Assembly: GCA_012840395.1 (NCBI GenBank)
Contig: DULL01000018.1
Location: 5,072 to 69,071, forward strand
Length of the DNA: 64,000 nucleotides
Reading direction: 5' to 3'
From: Clostridiaceae bacterium
Lineage (GTDB): Bacteria; Bacillota; Clostridia; Acetivibrionales; DULL01
The notes below the pieces were generated by a model. That model saw nothing but the letters and a program-made list of their open reading frames with translations, searched no databases and was not told the origin of the DNA. The position numbers and the translations under genes are program-made. Shown here piece after piece: positions 41,464-51,118 of this stretch (the first letter of the stretch is position 1; each line of letters starts with the position of its first letter).

Positions 41464-43257
41464 ATGAAAACAATCGCACAAATAGAGCGAAAGCTTGATA
41501 ACAAGCTAATTGTTATAGGGATTATTGCTTTTATAACATTAATAGCATATTGTAATAGTTTTGCCATACCCTTTTTACTTGACGACTTCAGTTCTATTGT
41601 AAACAACTATGATATAAGAAATCCCTTTGATTTACGATCCATATGGAATTTTTACACCAACAGGTTTGTTTTATATTTTACTTTGTCAATAAATTATGCA
41701 ATTCATGATACTTCCGTATATGGTTATCATATAGTCAATACGGCAATTCACATTTTTAATGGGATAATACTTTATTTTATAATAAACTATATACTCGGAC
41801 TGAATTTTGAAAAAAACAAACTGGCAGCCAGATTCAGGAATGTTATTTCCATGGTTGGATCACTTGTTTTCGTAACTCATCCCATGCAGATTAATGCTGT
41901 AAGTTATATTGTCCAGAGAACAGCCTCACTTGCGGCTTGTTTTTATCTTCTTTCAATTTTCTTCTTTTTAAAATACCGGATAAATGATAAAAAAAGATAT
42001 TTTATATTTATGTTGATTTCAATAATACTGGCAATGTTTACAAAGGAAAATACCATAACAATTCCTTTCATGCTTGCCCTGCTGGATTTTATGTTCTTTT
42101 TAAAAGACAGAGAAATTAAATGGATTAAAAGGGCTGTTATTTTGATAATTATATTTTTGACAGTACCAATAATACCGGGAACAAATATTTTTTTAAAAGG
42201 GTTTAACCAGAGTGATCCTAACTTAACCTTTAAAGCAAGCACTTCTATGGAAAGGAACCATTATTTCTACACCCAGATGAATGTAATTTTGCTGTATATC
42301 AGGCTGCTTTTTATACCATATGGTCAGTGCTTTGATTATAGCAACGATTTTCCAATTTCAAAGACTATATGGGAAAACAATTCCTATATTTCATTTATTA
42401 TTTTACTTATAATAGGATTAATCGGCTTATATAATTTTAAGAAAAACAAATTATTATCTCTTGGTATACTGTGGTTTTTTATAGGGCTTTCTGTAGAATC
42501 CTCATTTATATCTATTAAGGATGTTTATTTTGAACATAGAGTATACTTTCCATTGGCTGGTTTTGTAATATTTTTAATAGGCCTGATATTCCCGCCTCAA
42601 TCCGGTGAGAGAATCATAAAGCCTAACCTTGTTAAAAAATCCATGCAAGCATTTATGGTTTTATCATGTCTCATTATTATTATGCTTTCAGGGCTTACAA
42701 TAGCTAGAAATTATATATACAGCGATACTATAAGGTTGTGGCAGGATACTGTAAAAAAAGCACCTAACAGCGACAGAGCCCATAGTTCTCTTGCAGGAGG
42801 TTATCTTGACAGCTATGAGGAAGATAAAGAAAAGAACAAAGAACATCTTGAACTGGCAGAAAAAGAATATATCATATCACTTCAATTAAACCCCAACAAC
42901 AGTACTTCCCGCAGCAACCTGGCAAAGGTTTATCTGCTTAAGGGTGAGTATGAAAAATGTATTGAAGAAGCTGAAAGGGCGAATAAAATTAAAAAGTCCA
43001 AATATGCTTACAATAACATAGGTTCTGCATATAAAGAAATGGGGATGCTGGATAAGGCAATAGAGGCATATCTTGAAGGTTATAAACTTGATAACAGGTG
43101 TACATTTATTCTTAAAGCTTTAGGAAACACCTATTATGAAAAAGGTGATTATAAGAATGCGAAATTCTATTTTGAGGAGTTTTTGAAGTATAATATTTAT
43201 TCAGATAATGAAGAAATTCGGAAGAAACTGGAAGAGATAAGAGGTTTTGCTGAATAG
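41464..43257 (+). CDS. Polytopic membrane protein with C-terminal TPR repeats, TMTC/DUF1736-like GT-C glycosyltransferase candidate
   Basis: It has about 11 hydrophobic segments. The first-loop acidic motif is FLLDDFSSIVNN, followed by YGYHIVNTAIH. The C-terminus carries several TPR-like repeats (AYNNIGSAYKEMGMLDKAIEAY...). Confidence 0.6.
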   Translation: MKTIAQIERKLDNKLIVIGIIAFITLIAYCNSFAIPFLLDDFSSIVNNYDIRNPFDLRSIWNFYTNRFVLYFTLSINYAIHDTSVYGYHIVNTAIHIFNGIILYFIINYILGLNFEKNKLAARFRNVISMVGSLVFVTHPMQINAVSYIVQRTASLAACFYLLSIFFFLKYRINDKKRYFIFMLISIILAMFTKENTITIPFMLALLDFMFFLKDREIKWIKRAVILIIIFLTVPIIPGTNIFLKGFNQSDPNLTFKASTSMERNHYFYTQMNVILLYIRLLFIPYGQCFDYSNDFPISKTIWENNSYISFIILLIIGLIGLYNFKKNKLLSLGILWFFIGLSVESSFISIKDVYFEHRVYFPLAGFVIFLIGLIFPPQSGERIIKPNLVKKSMQAFMVLSCLIIIMLSGLTIARNYIYSDTIRLWQDTVKKAPNSDRAHSSLAGGYLDSYEEDKEKNKEHLELAEKEYIISLQLNPNNSTSRSNLAKVYLLKGEYEKCIEEAERANKIKKSKYAYNNIGSAYKEMGMLDKAIEAYLEGYKLDNRCTFILKALGNTYYEKGDYKNAKFYFEEFLKYNIYSDNEEIRKKLEEIRGFAE

Positions 43258-43271
43258 GTATTATTTTTTTG

Positions 43272-43300
43272 TTGACAAACATAAGAGAATAAAATAAAAT
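43272..43300 (+). promoter_or_regulatory. Sigma-A type promoter for ylxM-ffh
   Basis: TTGACA (43272-77), a 17-nt spacer, then TAAAAT (43295-300). Confidence 0.55.
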
Positions 43301-43337
43301 AGGTGTAAAGTAAAAATGCTTTACAGGCAGATAACTC

Positions 43338-43694
43338 ATGAAGAATATATACCATATTAGTTTACTCCTGGATTTTTATGGGCAGCTGCTGACTAAAAGA
43401 CAGCAGGAAATACTTGATTTGCATATAAATAATGATTATTCTCTTGGCGAAATATCCGAGCAACTGGATATAAGCCGGCAAGGTGTCTATGATAATGTTA
43501 AGAGAGGGAAAGCTGCCCTTTATGAGTTTGAAGAAAAATTAGGACTGATTAAAAAGTTTTCTGAACAAAAAGAGATAGCTATGAAAATAGTTAAGCTGCT
43601 GAGTGAAATTGATAAAAAAAATATGAGCCAGGATGATATTGAGAAACTTAACCAGGTAAAAAACGGTATTATTGATATAGTTAATGGTCTATGA
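43338..43694 (+). CDS. ylxM: YlxM-family putative DNA-binding protein (UPF0122)
   Basis: It has a sigma-70 region-4-like HTH (YSLGEISEQLDISRQGVYDNVKR) and lies immediately upstream of ffh. Confidence 0.85.
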   Translation: MKNIYHISLLLDFYGQLLTKRQQEILDLHINNDYSLGEISEQLDISRQGVYDNVKRGKAALYEFEEKLGLIKKFSEQKEIAMKIVKLLSEIDKKNMSQDDIEKLNQVKNGIIDIVNGL

Positions 43695-43714
43695 TGATAC
43701 GGAGGATTAAATAA

Positions 43715-45058
43715 ATGTCGTTGTTCGAAGGATTGTCCAGCAAACTCCAGAGTACAATAAAAAGGCTTCGGGGTGCAGGAAGAGTATCAGAAAAAGATGT
43801 AAAGGAAATAATGAGAGAAATCAAACTTGCTTTACTTGAAGCTGATGTAAACTTCAAAGTAGTAAAAGATTTTATAAACAAAGTGTCTGAAAGAGCAGTA
43901 GGACAGGAAGTTCTTGAAAGTCTCAGCCCTGGACAGCAAGTAATCAAGATAGTTCATGAGGAATTAATTAATCTGATGGGGAGGGAACCCAGTAAAATTA
44001 TTTTTTCTCCCCGGCCGCCAACGGTTATTATGATGGTAGGGCTTCAAGGCTCAGGAAAGACAACTACATCAGGGAAATTGGCAAACCTGCTTAGAAAACA
44101 GGGTAAAAATCCACTTCTTACCGCATGTGATATTTATAGGCCCGCAGCTATAAAACAGCTGGAAGTTGTAGGCAATCAGCTGAATATTCCAGTGTTTTCA
44201 CTAGGTGATAAAGTTAATCCGGTAGATATAGCAAAGGCTGCTTTAAATCATGCAAACAGTAAAGGATATGACGTGGTAATTATAGATACTGCCGGAAGAC
44301 TGCACATTGATGAGGAGTTGATGGATGAGCTTAAGAATATCAAGGCTGCGGTAAACCCTCATGAAATACTTCTTGTAGTGGATTCCATGACCGGCCAGGA
44401 TGCTGTAAATGTAGCAGAGAACTTTAATAATAAACTAGGAATAGATGGTATTGTTCTTACAAAATTGGACGGTGATACAAGAGGTGGAGCAGCTTTATCA
44501 GTTAAGGCGGTGACAGGGCGTCCTATAAAATTTGCTGCTGCAGGTGAAAAATTAAGCGACCTGGAACCGTTTTATCCGGACAGAATGGCTTCAAGAATTC
44601 TTGGCATGGGAGACGTTCTAAGTCTGATTGAAAAAGCCCAGGAAGCCTTTGATGAAAAAAAGGCTCTTGAGCTTGAGAAAAAAATGAGAAGTCAGCAATT
44701 TACCCTGGAGGATTTCTTAGACCAGCTTCGTCAGCTTAAAAATATGGGTCCTCTGCAACAGGTATTAGGCATGATTCCAGGAATAAACAGTAAAGCACTG
44801 CAAAATGCTGATCTGGATGAGAAAAAAATGGCCAGGGTGGAGGCTATTATAAATTCAATGACTTTGCAGGAAAGAAAAGATCCCTCAATCATAAACGGAA
44901 GCAGGAGAAAAAGAATTGCTGCTGGAAGTGGTACCAGTGTACAGGATGTAAATAAGCTATTAAGAGATTTTGAAGAAGTTAAGAAAATGTTCAAGATGTT
45001 CTCTGATATGGGCAAAAAGGGTAAGAAATCATTTGGCAAGATGAGATTACCTTTCTAA
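43715..45058 (+). CDS. ffh: Signal recognition particle protein Ffh
   Basis: It has the NG domain (GLQGSGKTT, DTAGR, TKLDG) and a methionine-rich M domain. Confidence 0.97.
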   Translation: MSLFEGLSSKLQSTIKRLRGAGRVSEKDVKEIMREIKLALLEADVNFKVVKDFINKVSERAVGQEVLESLSPGQQVIKIVHEELINLMGREPSKIIFSPRPPTVIMMVGLQGSGKTTTSGKLANLLRKQGKNPLLTACDIYRPAAIKQLEVVGNQLNIPVFSLGDKVNPVDIAKAALNHANSKGYDVVIIDTAGRLHIDEELMDELKNIKAAVNPHEILLVVDSMTGQDAVNVAENFNNKLGIDGIVLTKLDGDTRGGAALSVKAVTGRPIKFAAAGEKLSDLEPFYPDRMASRILGMGDVLSLIEKAQEAFDEKKALELEKKMRSQQFTLEDFLDQLRQLKNMGPLQQVLGMIPGINSKALQNADLDEKKMARVEAIINSMTLQERKDPSIINGSRRKRIAAGSGTSVQDVNKLLRDFEEVKKMFKMFSDMGKKGKKSFGKMRLPF

Positions 45059-45103
45059 TATAAAAGTTGTAAGAAGACCAAGACTTGAAAGGAGGTGAAA
45101 AAG

Positions 45104-45349
45104 GTGGCAGTAAGAATCAGACTGAAAAGAATTGGTGCAAAAAAGAGTCCTTTTTATAGAGTAGTTGTAGCTGATTCAAGATATCCACGTGATGGCAGGT
45201 TTATAGAAGAAATAGGTACCTATAATCCTGTTCCAAATCCGTCTGAAATAAAGATTGACAGTGAAAAGGCTTTAAAATGGTTGAAAAATGGAGCTCAACC
45301 AACAGACACTGTAAGGACATTGTTAAAAGCAGCTGGAATAATTGAATAA
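45104..45349 (+). CDS. rpsP: 30S ribosomal protein S16
   Basis: The N-terminus is [17 protein letters not shown] at 45104 follows AGGAGGTG; the ORF-track start at 45095 lies inside the RBS. Confidence 0.95.
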   Translation: MAVRIRLKRIGAKKSPFYRVVVADSRYPRDGRFIEEIGTYNPVPNPSEIKIDSEKALKWLKNGAQPTDTVRTLLKAAGIIE

Positions 45350-45460
45350 CAACTTCTCATTATCTTTATAATAAAGGATATATCATTGTATTATCCATAT
45401 GGATATGCATTCAGTTAAATTAATTAACAGAATTTAAGGAAATATCCGGGAGGTACTTAA

Positions 45461-45691
45461 ATGAAGGAATTACTCGAAGTTATGGCCAAGGCGCTTGTTG
45501 ATAACCCGGAAGAGGTATACGTAAATGAGATCGAAGGGGAAAAATCCCTTATATTAGAATTGAAGGTCTCAAAGGAAGATATGGGTAAGGTAATTGGAAA
45601 ACAGGGTAGAATTGCAAAAGCCATAAGAACAGTTATCAAAGCGTCTGCTATAAAAGAAAACAAAAGAGTTATTGTGGAAATAATACAATAA
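45461..45691 (+). CDS. KH-domain RNA-binding protein (YlqC family)
   Basis: The 76-aa protein has the KH GxxG motif (GKVIGKQGRIAKAIR) and holds the conserved position after rpsP. Confidence 0.85.
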   Translation: MKELLEVMAKALVDNPEEVYVNEIEGEKSLILELKVSKEDMGKVIGKQGRIAKAIRTVIKASAIKENKRVIVEIIQ

Positions 45692-45716
45692 AAGGTGATT
45701 TAATCACCTTTTTTTG
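45691..45716 (+). terminator. Intrinsic terminator after the KH-protein gene
   Basis: A stem (AAAGGTGATT / AATCACCTTT) is followed by TTTTT and overlaps the stop codon. Confidence 0.8.
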
Positions 45717-45736
45717 TACAAGGATGGTAACGCACA

Positions 45737-46261
45737 ATGAGATTGAGCGAATATCTTGAAATAGGTAAAATTGTTAATACCCATGGAATAAAGGGAGAGA
45801 TTAAAGTAATACCTCTTACCGACAGCTTGGACAGGTTTAATGATCTTGATTGGGTTTATGTAGATAAGCAAGGCAAATTGGAAAAATATAATATTGAAGG
45901 AGTCAGGCCATATAAAGGACTTGTAATGATAAAGTTTAAGGAAATTACTGATATGAGTAAGGCAGAAGAATTAAAAGGCTTGTATATTAAGGTTGACAGA
46001 GAAAATGCCGTTAAACTGCCTGAGGATAGTTTTTTTATATGTGACCTGATTGGTTGTGAAGTTTATGATGATAACCTGGGTAAACTGGGAATAATAAAAA
46101 ATGTCCTGGAAACAGGCAGTAACGATGTTTTTGTGGTTGATGGAGAAAAATATGGTGAAGTATTAATACCTGCTTTGAAAAGTGTGGTGAAAGAGGTTTC
46201 TGTGGAAGAAGGCCAGGTAAGAGTTTCTCTTCCGGAAGGGCTGATTGATAATGAGGTTTGA
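45737..46261 (+). CDS. rimM: 16S rRNA processing protein RimM
   Basis: It has the N-terminal beta-barrel motif ([16 protein letters not shown]) and a PRC C-terminal domain. Confidence 0.9.
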   Translation: MRLSEYLEIGKIVNTHGIKGEIKVIPLTDSLDRFNDLDWVYVDKQGKLEKYNIEGVRPYKGLVMIKFKEITDMSKAEELKGLYIKVDRENAVKLPEDSFFICDLIGCEVYDDNLGKLGIIKNVLETGSNDVFVVDGEKYGEVLIPALKSVVKEVSVEEGQVRVSLPEGLIDNEV

Positions 46262-46949
46262 CATACTGACACTTTTTCCTGATATCTTTAAATATGTATT
46301 AGGAGAAAGTATTATCGGCAGAGCCCAAAAAAAAGGTATTATTCAAATTAACCCAATAAACATCAGAGATTTTTCACGGGATAAGCATAAGAAAACCGAT
46401 GATTATCCCTACGGCGGAGGTGCAGGTATGGTTATGACTCCGCAACCAATATATGATGCCTGGCTTTCAATAGTGGATGGTTTATCCTATAGACCACCAG
46501 TTATATATCTCAGCCCACAGGGTAAGTTATTTAACCAAAGTATGGTAGAAGAACTGGCCAAGTATGACCACCTTATTCTTTTATGCGGACATTATGAAGG
46601 CATAGATGAGAGGATAATCGAAGAAATAGTGGATGAAGAAATATCCATAGGGGATTATATCCTAACAGGAGGAGAACTTCCTGCTATGGTGGTAATAGAT
46701 GCAGTAAGCCGTCTTATTCCAGGAGTTCTATCAAATAAAGAGTCTCATTTAGATGAGTCAATTTATAGTGGGCTTTTGGAATATCCACAATATACCAGGC
46801 CTTATGAATTCTTGAACAGGAAAGTTCCTGATGTTTTACTGTCGGGGCATCATGCTAACATAGAAAAATGGAGAAAAGAACAGTCCCTGAAAAGAACATA
46901 CGAAAAGAGGCCTGACTTATATGAAAAATACTGCAAGAAACAAAAATAA
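46251..46949 (+). CDS. trmD: tRNA (guanine37-N1)-methyltransferase
   Basis: The N-terminus is [13 protein letters not shown] and the SPOUT knot motifs are present ([25 protein letters not shown]). Confidence 0.95.
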   Translation: MRFDILTLFPDIFKYVLGESIIGRAQKKGIIQINPINIRDFSRDKHKKTDDYPYGGGAGMVMTPQPIYDAWLSIVDGLSYRPPVIYLSPQGKLFNQSMVEELAKYDHLILLCGHYEGIDERIIEEIVDEEISIGDYILTGGELPAMVVIDAVSRLIPGVLSNKESHLDESIYSGLLEYPQYTRPYEFLNRKVPDVLLSGHHANIEKWRKEQSLKRTYEKRPDLYEKYCKKQK

Positions 46950-46951
46950 GG

Positions 46952-47042
46952 TTTACAACAAAAACCAGGTATGTTATAATTTCATTCGTGTGTAATACGG
47001 GTAGTCCTCTGCCAGATCATAAATATAAACCTGGTACGAATG
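46952..47042 (+). promoter_or_regulatory. rplS promoter plus a candidate structured leader (possible L19 autoregulatory leader)
   Basis: The promoter is TTTACA (46952-57)-17-TATAAT (46975-80). In the transcribed leader, CATTCGT (46983-89) can pair with ACGAATG (47036-42), just before the RBS GGAAGGAGG. The leader assignment is tentative. Confidence 0.35.
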
Positions 47043-47064
47043 CCTAGGAAGGGAAGGAGGAAGA

Positions 47065-47430
47065 ATGATGGATATAATTAAAACAATAGAGCAAGAACAG
47101 TTGAGAACAGATTTACCTGTTGTTGAAATAGGAGATTATGTTAGAGTACATTTAAAAGTAAAAGAAGGATCAAGAGAAAGAATTCAGGTTTTTGAAGGAA
47201 CAGTAATATCCAAAAGAGGCAGTGGCCTTAAGGAAAGCTTTACTGTAAGAAGAATATCTTATGGTGTCGGAGTTGAAAGAGTTTTACCAGTTCACTCCCC
47301 CAAAATCGCTAATATTGAAATTGTAAGAAAAGGTAAAGTAAGAAGAGCAAAACTCTACTACTTGCGTGAAAAACTTGGTAAGTCAGCAAGAGTCAGAGAA
47401 AAACTTGATGTTAGAAAAGATGAAGAATAA
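47065..47430 (+). CDS. rplS: 50S ribosomal protein L19
   Basis: It shows typical L19 sequence ([14 protein letters not shown]...[16 protein letters not shown]...[10 protein letters not shown]). ATG at 47068 is an alternative start. Confidence 0.95.
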   Translation: MMDIIKTIEQEQLRTDLPVVEIGDYVRVHLKVKEGSRERIQVFEGTVISKRGSGLKESFTVRRISYGVGVERVLPVHSPKIANIEIVRKGKVRRAKLYYLREKLGKSARVREKLDVRKDEE

Positions 47431-47446
47431 CAAAGTATTAAAAGAT

Positions 47447-47476
47447 AAAGGGACTATATTATGTCCCTTTTATTTA
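47447..47476 (+). terminator. Rho-independent terminator after rplS
   Basis: A stem (AAAGGGAC / GTCCCTTT) is followed by TATTT. Confidence 0.8.
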
Positions 47477-47485
47477 TAAAGGTGC

Positions 47486-48094
47486 ATGTCTATGAATACA
47501 AAGAATGAATCTGTTAGTTTCGCTAAAGAACTATTTCAATGGATTGAAGCAATCCTTGTGGCAGTTATTATAGCTTTGCTGATTAGAGGTTTTATATTCG
47601 AACCAGTATTGGTTCAAGGAGATTCCATGAACAATACTCTTTCCAGCAATGAAAGGCTGATTGTTTATAAATTGGGATACTATTTCTCTGAACCAAAGAG
47701 AGGAGATATAATAGTTCTTCAATACCAAAAAGGTGCCGTTGAATATATACCATTCTTAAAAAATTTTACTTTTATAAAAAAAATGTTGCCGGGAATAAAT
47801 GAAGTGGATTTTATTAAAAGAGTTATAGCAGTACCCGGAGATGTGGTTGATATAAAGGATGGGTTTGTGTATATAAATAATGAAAAATTAGATGAGCCTT
47901 ATGCATTAGGGTATACTGACAGTTATGGCCTGAAGGTTCCTTTTGTTGTTGAAGAAGGTGAAGTATTTGTCCTCGGTGACAACAGGCAGAACAGCAGAGA
48001 CAGCAGACAGATAGGCATGATTAAATATGATAGAATAAAAGGAAAGGCAGTATATAGAATATGGCCTCTGAATAATATGGGAGTTTTAAAATAG
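47486..48094 (+). CDS. lepB: Signal peptidase I
   Basis: It has a TM anchor, the catalytic Ser box GDSMNNTL, the Lys box (FIKRVIAVPGD) and GDNRQNSRDSR. Confidence 0.9.
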   Translation: MSMNTKNESVSFAKELFQWIEAILVAVIIALLIRGFIFEPVLVQGDSMNNTLSSNERLIVYKLGYYFSEPKRGDIIVLQYQKGAVEYIPFLKNFTFIKKMLPGINEVDFIKRVIAVPGDVVDIKDGFVYINNEKLDEPYALGYTDSYGLKVPFVVEEGEVFVLGDNRQNSRDSRQIGMIKYDRIKGKAVYRIWPLNNMGVLK

Positions 48095-48121
48095 GAAAGC
48101 CAATTGGAGGAACAATAATTT

Positions 48122-48991
48122 ATGAATATACAATGGTTTCCTGGTCATATGGCAAAGACACGGAGACTAATTTCAGAAAATTTAAAACTGGTAGACGTAG
48201 TAATTGAACTGCTGGATGCCAGAATACCTGTAAGCAGCAAAAATCCTGAAATAGACAAAATATTAGGGAATAAGCCGAGGGTAGTGGCATTAAACAAATC
48301 TGATATGGCTGACGAAACGATATCAAAAAGATGGGAAAGATGGTATAACGAAAATGGTTATACCTATATTTTTATAGACTCAATAAGAGGTAAGGGATTA
48401 AATCAGTTAAAAGTTTTATTGAAAGAATTGACAAAAGAAAAAATAGAGAGAGAAAAGAAAAAAGGCAGGATATTCCGTCCTATCAGGACTATGGTAGTCG
48501 GCATTCCGAATGTAGGGAAATCCACATTGATTAATAAAATGGCAGGAAGAGCGGCTGCAGCCACGGAGGACAGGCCCGGAGTTACAAAAAACAAGCAGTG
48601 GATTAGACTGGGAAGAGAAATAGATCTTTTAGATACTCCCGGAATATTATGGCCAAAATTTGAAGACTTAAAAGTTGGCCTGAATCTGGCTTTTACCGGC
48701 GCCATAAAAGATGATGTGTATGATATTGTTGAAGTAGCCTCAGCCCTCCTTATTCAGCTTAGCGATACCTATCCTCAACTCATAAAAGAAAGATATAAAT
48801 TTAATGATGCAGATTTTGAGAATAAAGAAGAACTATTAATTATTGCGGGCAGGAACAGAGGATGTTTGGTATCAGGAGGAGAAGTAGACACAACGAGAAT
48901 TGCCGCAATTGTTCTTGATGAATTCAGGGGAGGAAAAATTGGTAGAATTACATTGGAAACTCCGCCTGATGAAGAAAATCCGGAGGGTTAG
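48122..48991 (+). CDS. rbgA: Ribosome biogenesis GTPase A (YlqF/RbgA)
   Basis: The N-terminus is MNIQWFPGHMAK. The G motifs are circularly permuted: NKSDM comes before GIPNVGKST, followed by DTPG. Confidence 0.9.
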   Translation: MNIQWFPGHMAKTRRLISENLKLVDVVIELLDARIPVSSKNPEIDKILGNKPRVVALNKSDMADETISKRWERWYNENGYTYIFIDSIRGKGLNQLKVLLKELTKEKIEREKKKGRIFRPIRTMVVGIPNVGKSTLINKMAGRAAAATEDRPGVTKNKQWIRLGREIDLLDTPGILWPKFEDLKVGLNLAFTGAIKDDVYDIVEVASALLIQLSDTYPQLIKERYKFNDADFENKEELLIIAGRNRGCLVSGGEVDTTRIAAIVLDEFRGGKIGRITLETPPDEENPEG

Positions 48992-48997
48992 TACAGA

Positions 48998-49645
48998 ATG
49001 ATGACTTTAGACAAGGCTGAGGTTAATGATAAGGAATTGCTCCGCTATAGGAATATGTGCGTTTATGAGATGGAGGCATACACCAAGGGGGCTGGCTATG
49101 TAGCAGGTGTTGATGAAGCGGGAAGAGGACCATTGGCGGGGCCTGTTGTAGCAGCGGCTGTAATTTTGCCCAGGGGGATATTCATTGAAAAGCTTAATGA
49201 TTCTAAAAAGCTGACTGCCAAAAAAAGAGAGGAACTTTTTGAGATAATTACTCACGAAGCTCTTGCATATTCATTAGGTATTGTAGATGAGAAATCCATA
49301 GACAGGGTTAATATTTTAAATGCAACCAAAGATGCTATGGAAAAAGCAATTCAAAATCTTAGTATAACACCTGATATTGTATTAATTGATGCAGTTAAAC
49401 TTGATAATATCAAAGTCCCTCAGCTTTCAATTGTAAAGGGTGATCAACTAAGCATATCAATTGCAGCCGCTTCAATACTTGCAAAAGTGACAAGGGACAG
49501 AATAATGGAAGATATGAGTGAAAAATATCCCCAGTATGGTTTCGCAAAACATAAGGGCTATGGAACCAAAGAGCATATAGAAGCTATAAAGAAATATGGT
49601 TTATGTCCCATTCATAGAATAAGTTTCACAAAGAAATTTGTATAA
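48998..49645 (+). CDS. rnhB: Ribonuclease HII
   Basis: The catalytic motif GVDEAGRGPLAGPVV is present, along with DSKKL and the C-terminal HRxSF. Confidence 0.9.
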   Translation: MMTLDKAEVNDKELLRYRNMCVYEMEAYTKGAGYVAGVDEAGRGPLAGPVVAAAVILPRGIFIEKLNDSKKLTAKKREELFEIITHEALAYSLGIVDEKSIDRVNILNATKDAMEKAIQNLSITPDIVLIDAVKLDNIKVPQLSIVKGDQLSISIAAASILAKVTRDRIMEDMSEKYPQYGFAKHKGYGTKEHIEAIKKYGLCPIHRISFTKKFV

Positions 49646-49683
49646 TTATATAACTAAGAATTAAAGTGGCAGGTATGGTTTAA

Positions 49684-50058
49684 TTGAAGACTAATAATAA
49701 AAACCTTGGAAATATAGGTGAAAAGGCAGCTATAGATTTTTTATGCAAAAATAACTACCATATAATTCACACAAATTTTAGAGCAGGCAAACTTGGCGAA
49801 ATTGATATAGTTGCCAGAGAAAATGAATATATTTGTTTTATTGAGGTAAAGACCAGAAGCAGCTTATCTTTCGGCATACCTTCTGAATCTGTTACATCCA
49901 GAAAACAGAATGTTATAAGGAAAGTTGCTGCAGTTTATTTATCAAGAAATCATGCTAACGAAAGCAGCGTAAGGTTTGATATCGTTGAAGTATATGTCAA
50001 GAGGAAAGCCGGCGAAGTAGAGATAACCCAAATAAATCTTATTAAGAATGCTTTCTAA
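49684..50058 (+). CDS. yraN: YraN-family (UPF0102) predicted endonuclease
   Basis: The 124-aa protein contains GEIDIVAREN..FIEVKTR and holds the conserved position after rnhB. The start is TTG. Confidence 0.8.
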   Translation: MKTNNKNLGNIGEKAAIDFLCKNNYHIIHTNFRAGKLGEIDIVARENEYICFIEVKTRSSLSFGIPSESVTSRKQNVIRKVAAVYLSRNHANESSVRFDIVEVYVKRKAGEVEITQINLIKNAF

Positions 50059-50107
50059 AGTAGTTAAATATATTAATATAGTAGCGCAATAGTAACGCAA
50101 TAGAAAT

Positions 50108-50163
50108 GGAAGCAGAAGAACCGTCCCTATGCTTCGGAAGCAGAAGAACCGTCCCTATGCTTC
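50108..50163 (+). repeat. Perfect tandem duplication of a 28-nt hairpin unit
   Basis: GGAAGCAGAAGAACCGTCCCTATGCTTC occurs at 50108-50135 and again at 50136-50163. Each unit can fold through GAAGCA/TGCTTC. The pair lies directly upstream of the dipeptidase RBS. Confidence 0.95.
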
Positions 50164-50179
50164 TGTTAAGGAGATCTGA

Positions 50180-51118
50180 ATGATAATAGTAGATGCCCAC
50201 TGTGACACATTGTCAAGAATATATGATGATAAAATGGATTTGATGAAGAACAATTTTCATGTTGATATTGAGAGAATGCAAAAATATGATGGATATGTGC
50301 AATTCTTCGCAGCTTTTATAGATCCTGCCTATTGCCAGGCTTACGCTATGAGACGGGCTGTACAGTTAATTGATAAGTTTTATTCCCAGGCTGAGTTGTA
50401 TAAAGATAATATTTCATTATGTTACGATATTGACTCGGTTAATGCTGCGCTAAAAGAGAGGAAGATTGCTGCCATCCTTACTATAGAAGGTGGAGATGCT
50501 CTGCAGGGAGATCTGGCAGCTTTAAGAACATTTTATAAATTGGGTGTAAGAAGTTTATGCCTGACCTGGAACTATAGAAACGAAATAGCCGATGGAGTGG
50601 AAGATTCTTCTTCAGACAGAGGACTAACGTACTTTGGCAGAGTTGTAGTCAGAGAAATGAATTCTCTTGGAATGATAATAGATATATCTCATATTTCAGA
50701 AAAGGGCTTCTGGGATGTAATTGAACTGTCAAAAGCTCCTGTTATTGCCTCTCATTCTAATGCTAAGGCTATATGCAACCATATACGCAATTTAACCGAT
50801 TCTCAAATAATAGCCATAAAGGATAATGGTGGAGTAATAGGTATTAACTTTTATCCTTATTTTCTCAATAATACAGCTCACGCTTCGGTAAAAAATATTA
50901 TAAGACATATTGAATATATTGCTTCTTTGATAGGGTGTGACAATATTGGAATTGGTGCCGATTTTGACGGAATAGATTGTACTCCTTTAGATATAAGCGG
51001 AGTCCAGGACATGTATAAAGTAATCAATGAATTGCTTAGGCTCAACTATACAGAAAAAGATGTTGAAAAAATTGCCGGAGGTAATTTTATAAGAGTGATA
51101 AGTCAGGTGCTAAGGTAG
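50180..51118 (+). CDS. Membrane-dipeptidase family (peptidase M19) protein
   Basis: The N-terminus is IVDAHCDTL and the conserved metal-ligand regions are present (LTIEGG, ISHISEKG, ASHSNA, GADFDG). Confidence 0.85.
   Translation: MIIVDAHCDTLSRIYDDKMDLMKNNFHVDIERMQKYDGYVQFFAAFIDPAYCQAYAMRRAVQLIDKFYSQAELYKDNISLCYDIDSVNAALKERKIAAILTIEGGDALQGDLAALRTFYKLGVRSLCLTWNYRNEIADGVEDSSSDRGLTYFGRVVVREMNSLGMIIDISHISEKGFWDVIELSKAPVIASHSNAKAICNHIRNLTDSQIIAIKDNGGVIGINFYPYFLNNTAHASVKNIIRHIEYIASLIGCDNIGIGADFDGIDCTPLDISGVQDMYKVINELLRLNYTEKDVEKIAGGNFIRVISQVLR

Noticed and set aside
50108-50163. The possibility that the 28-nt tandem repeats are a minimal CRISPR array.
   Set aside because: The two units abut directly with no spacer. 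The third copy is 1 kb away across a gene, and no cas genes are present in the window.
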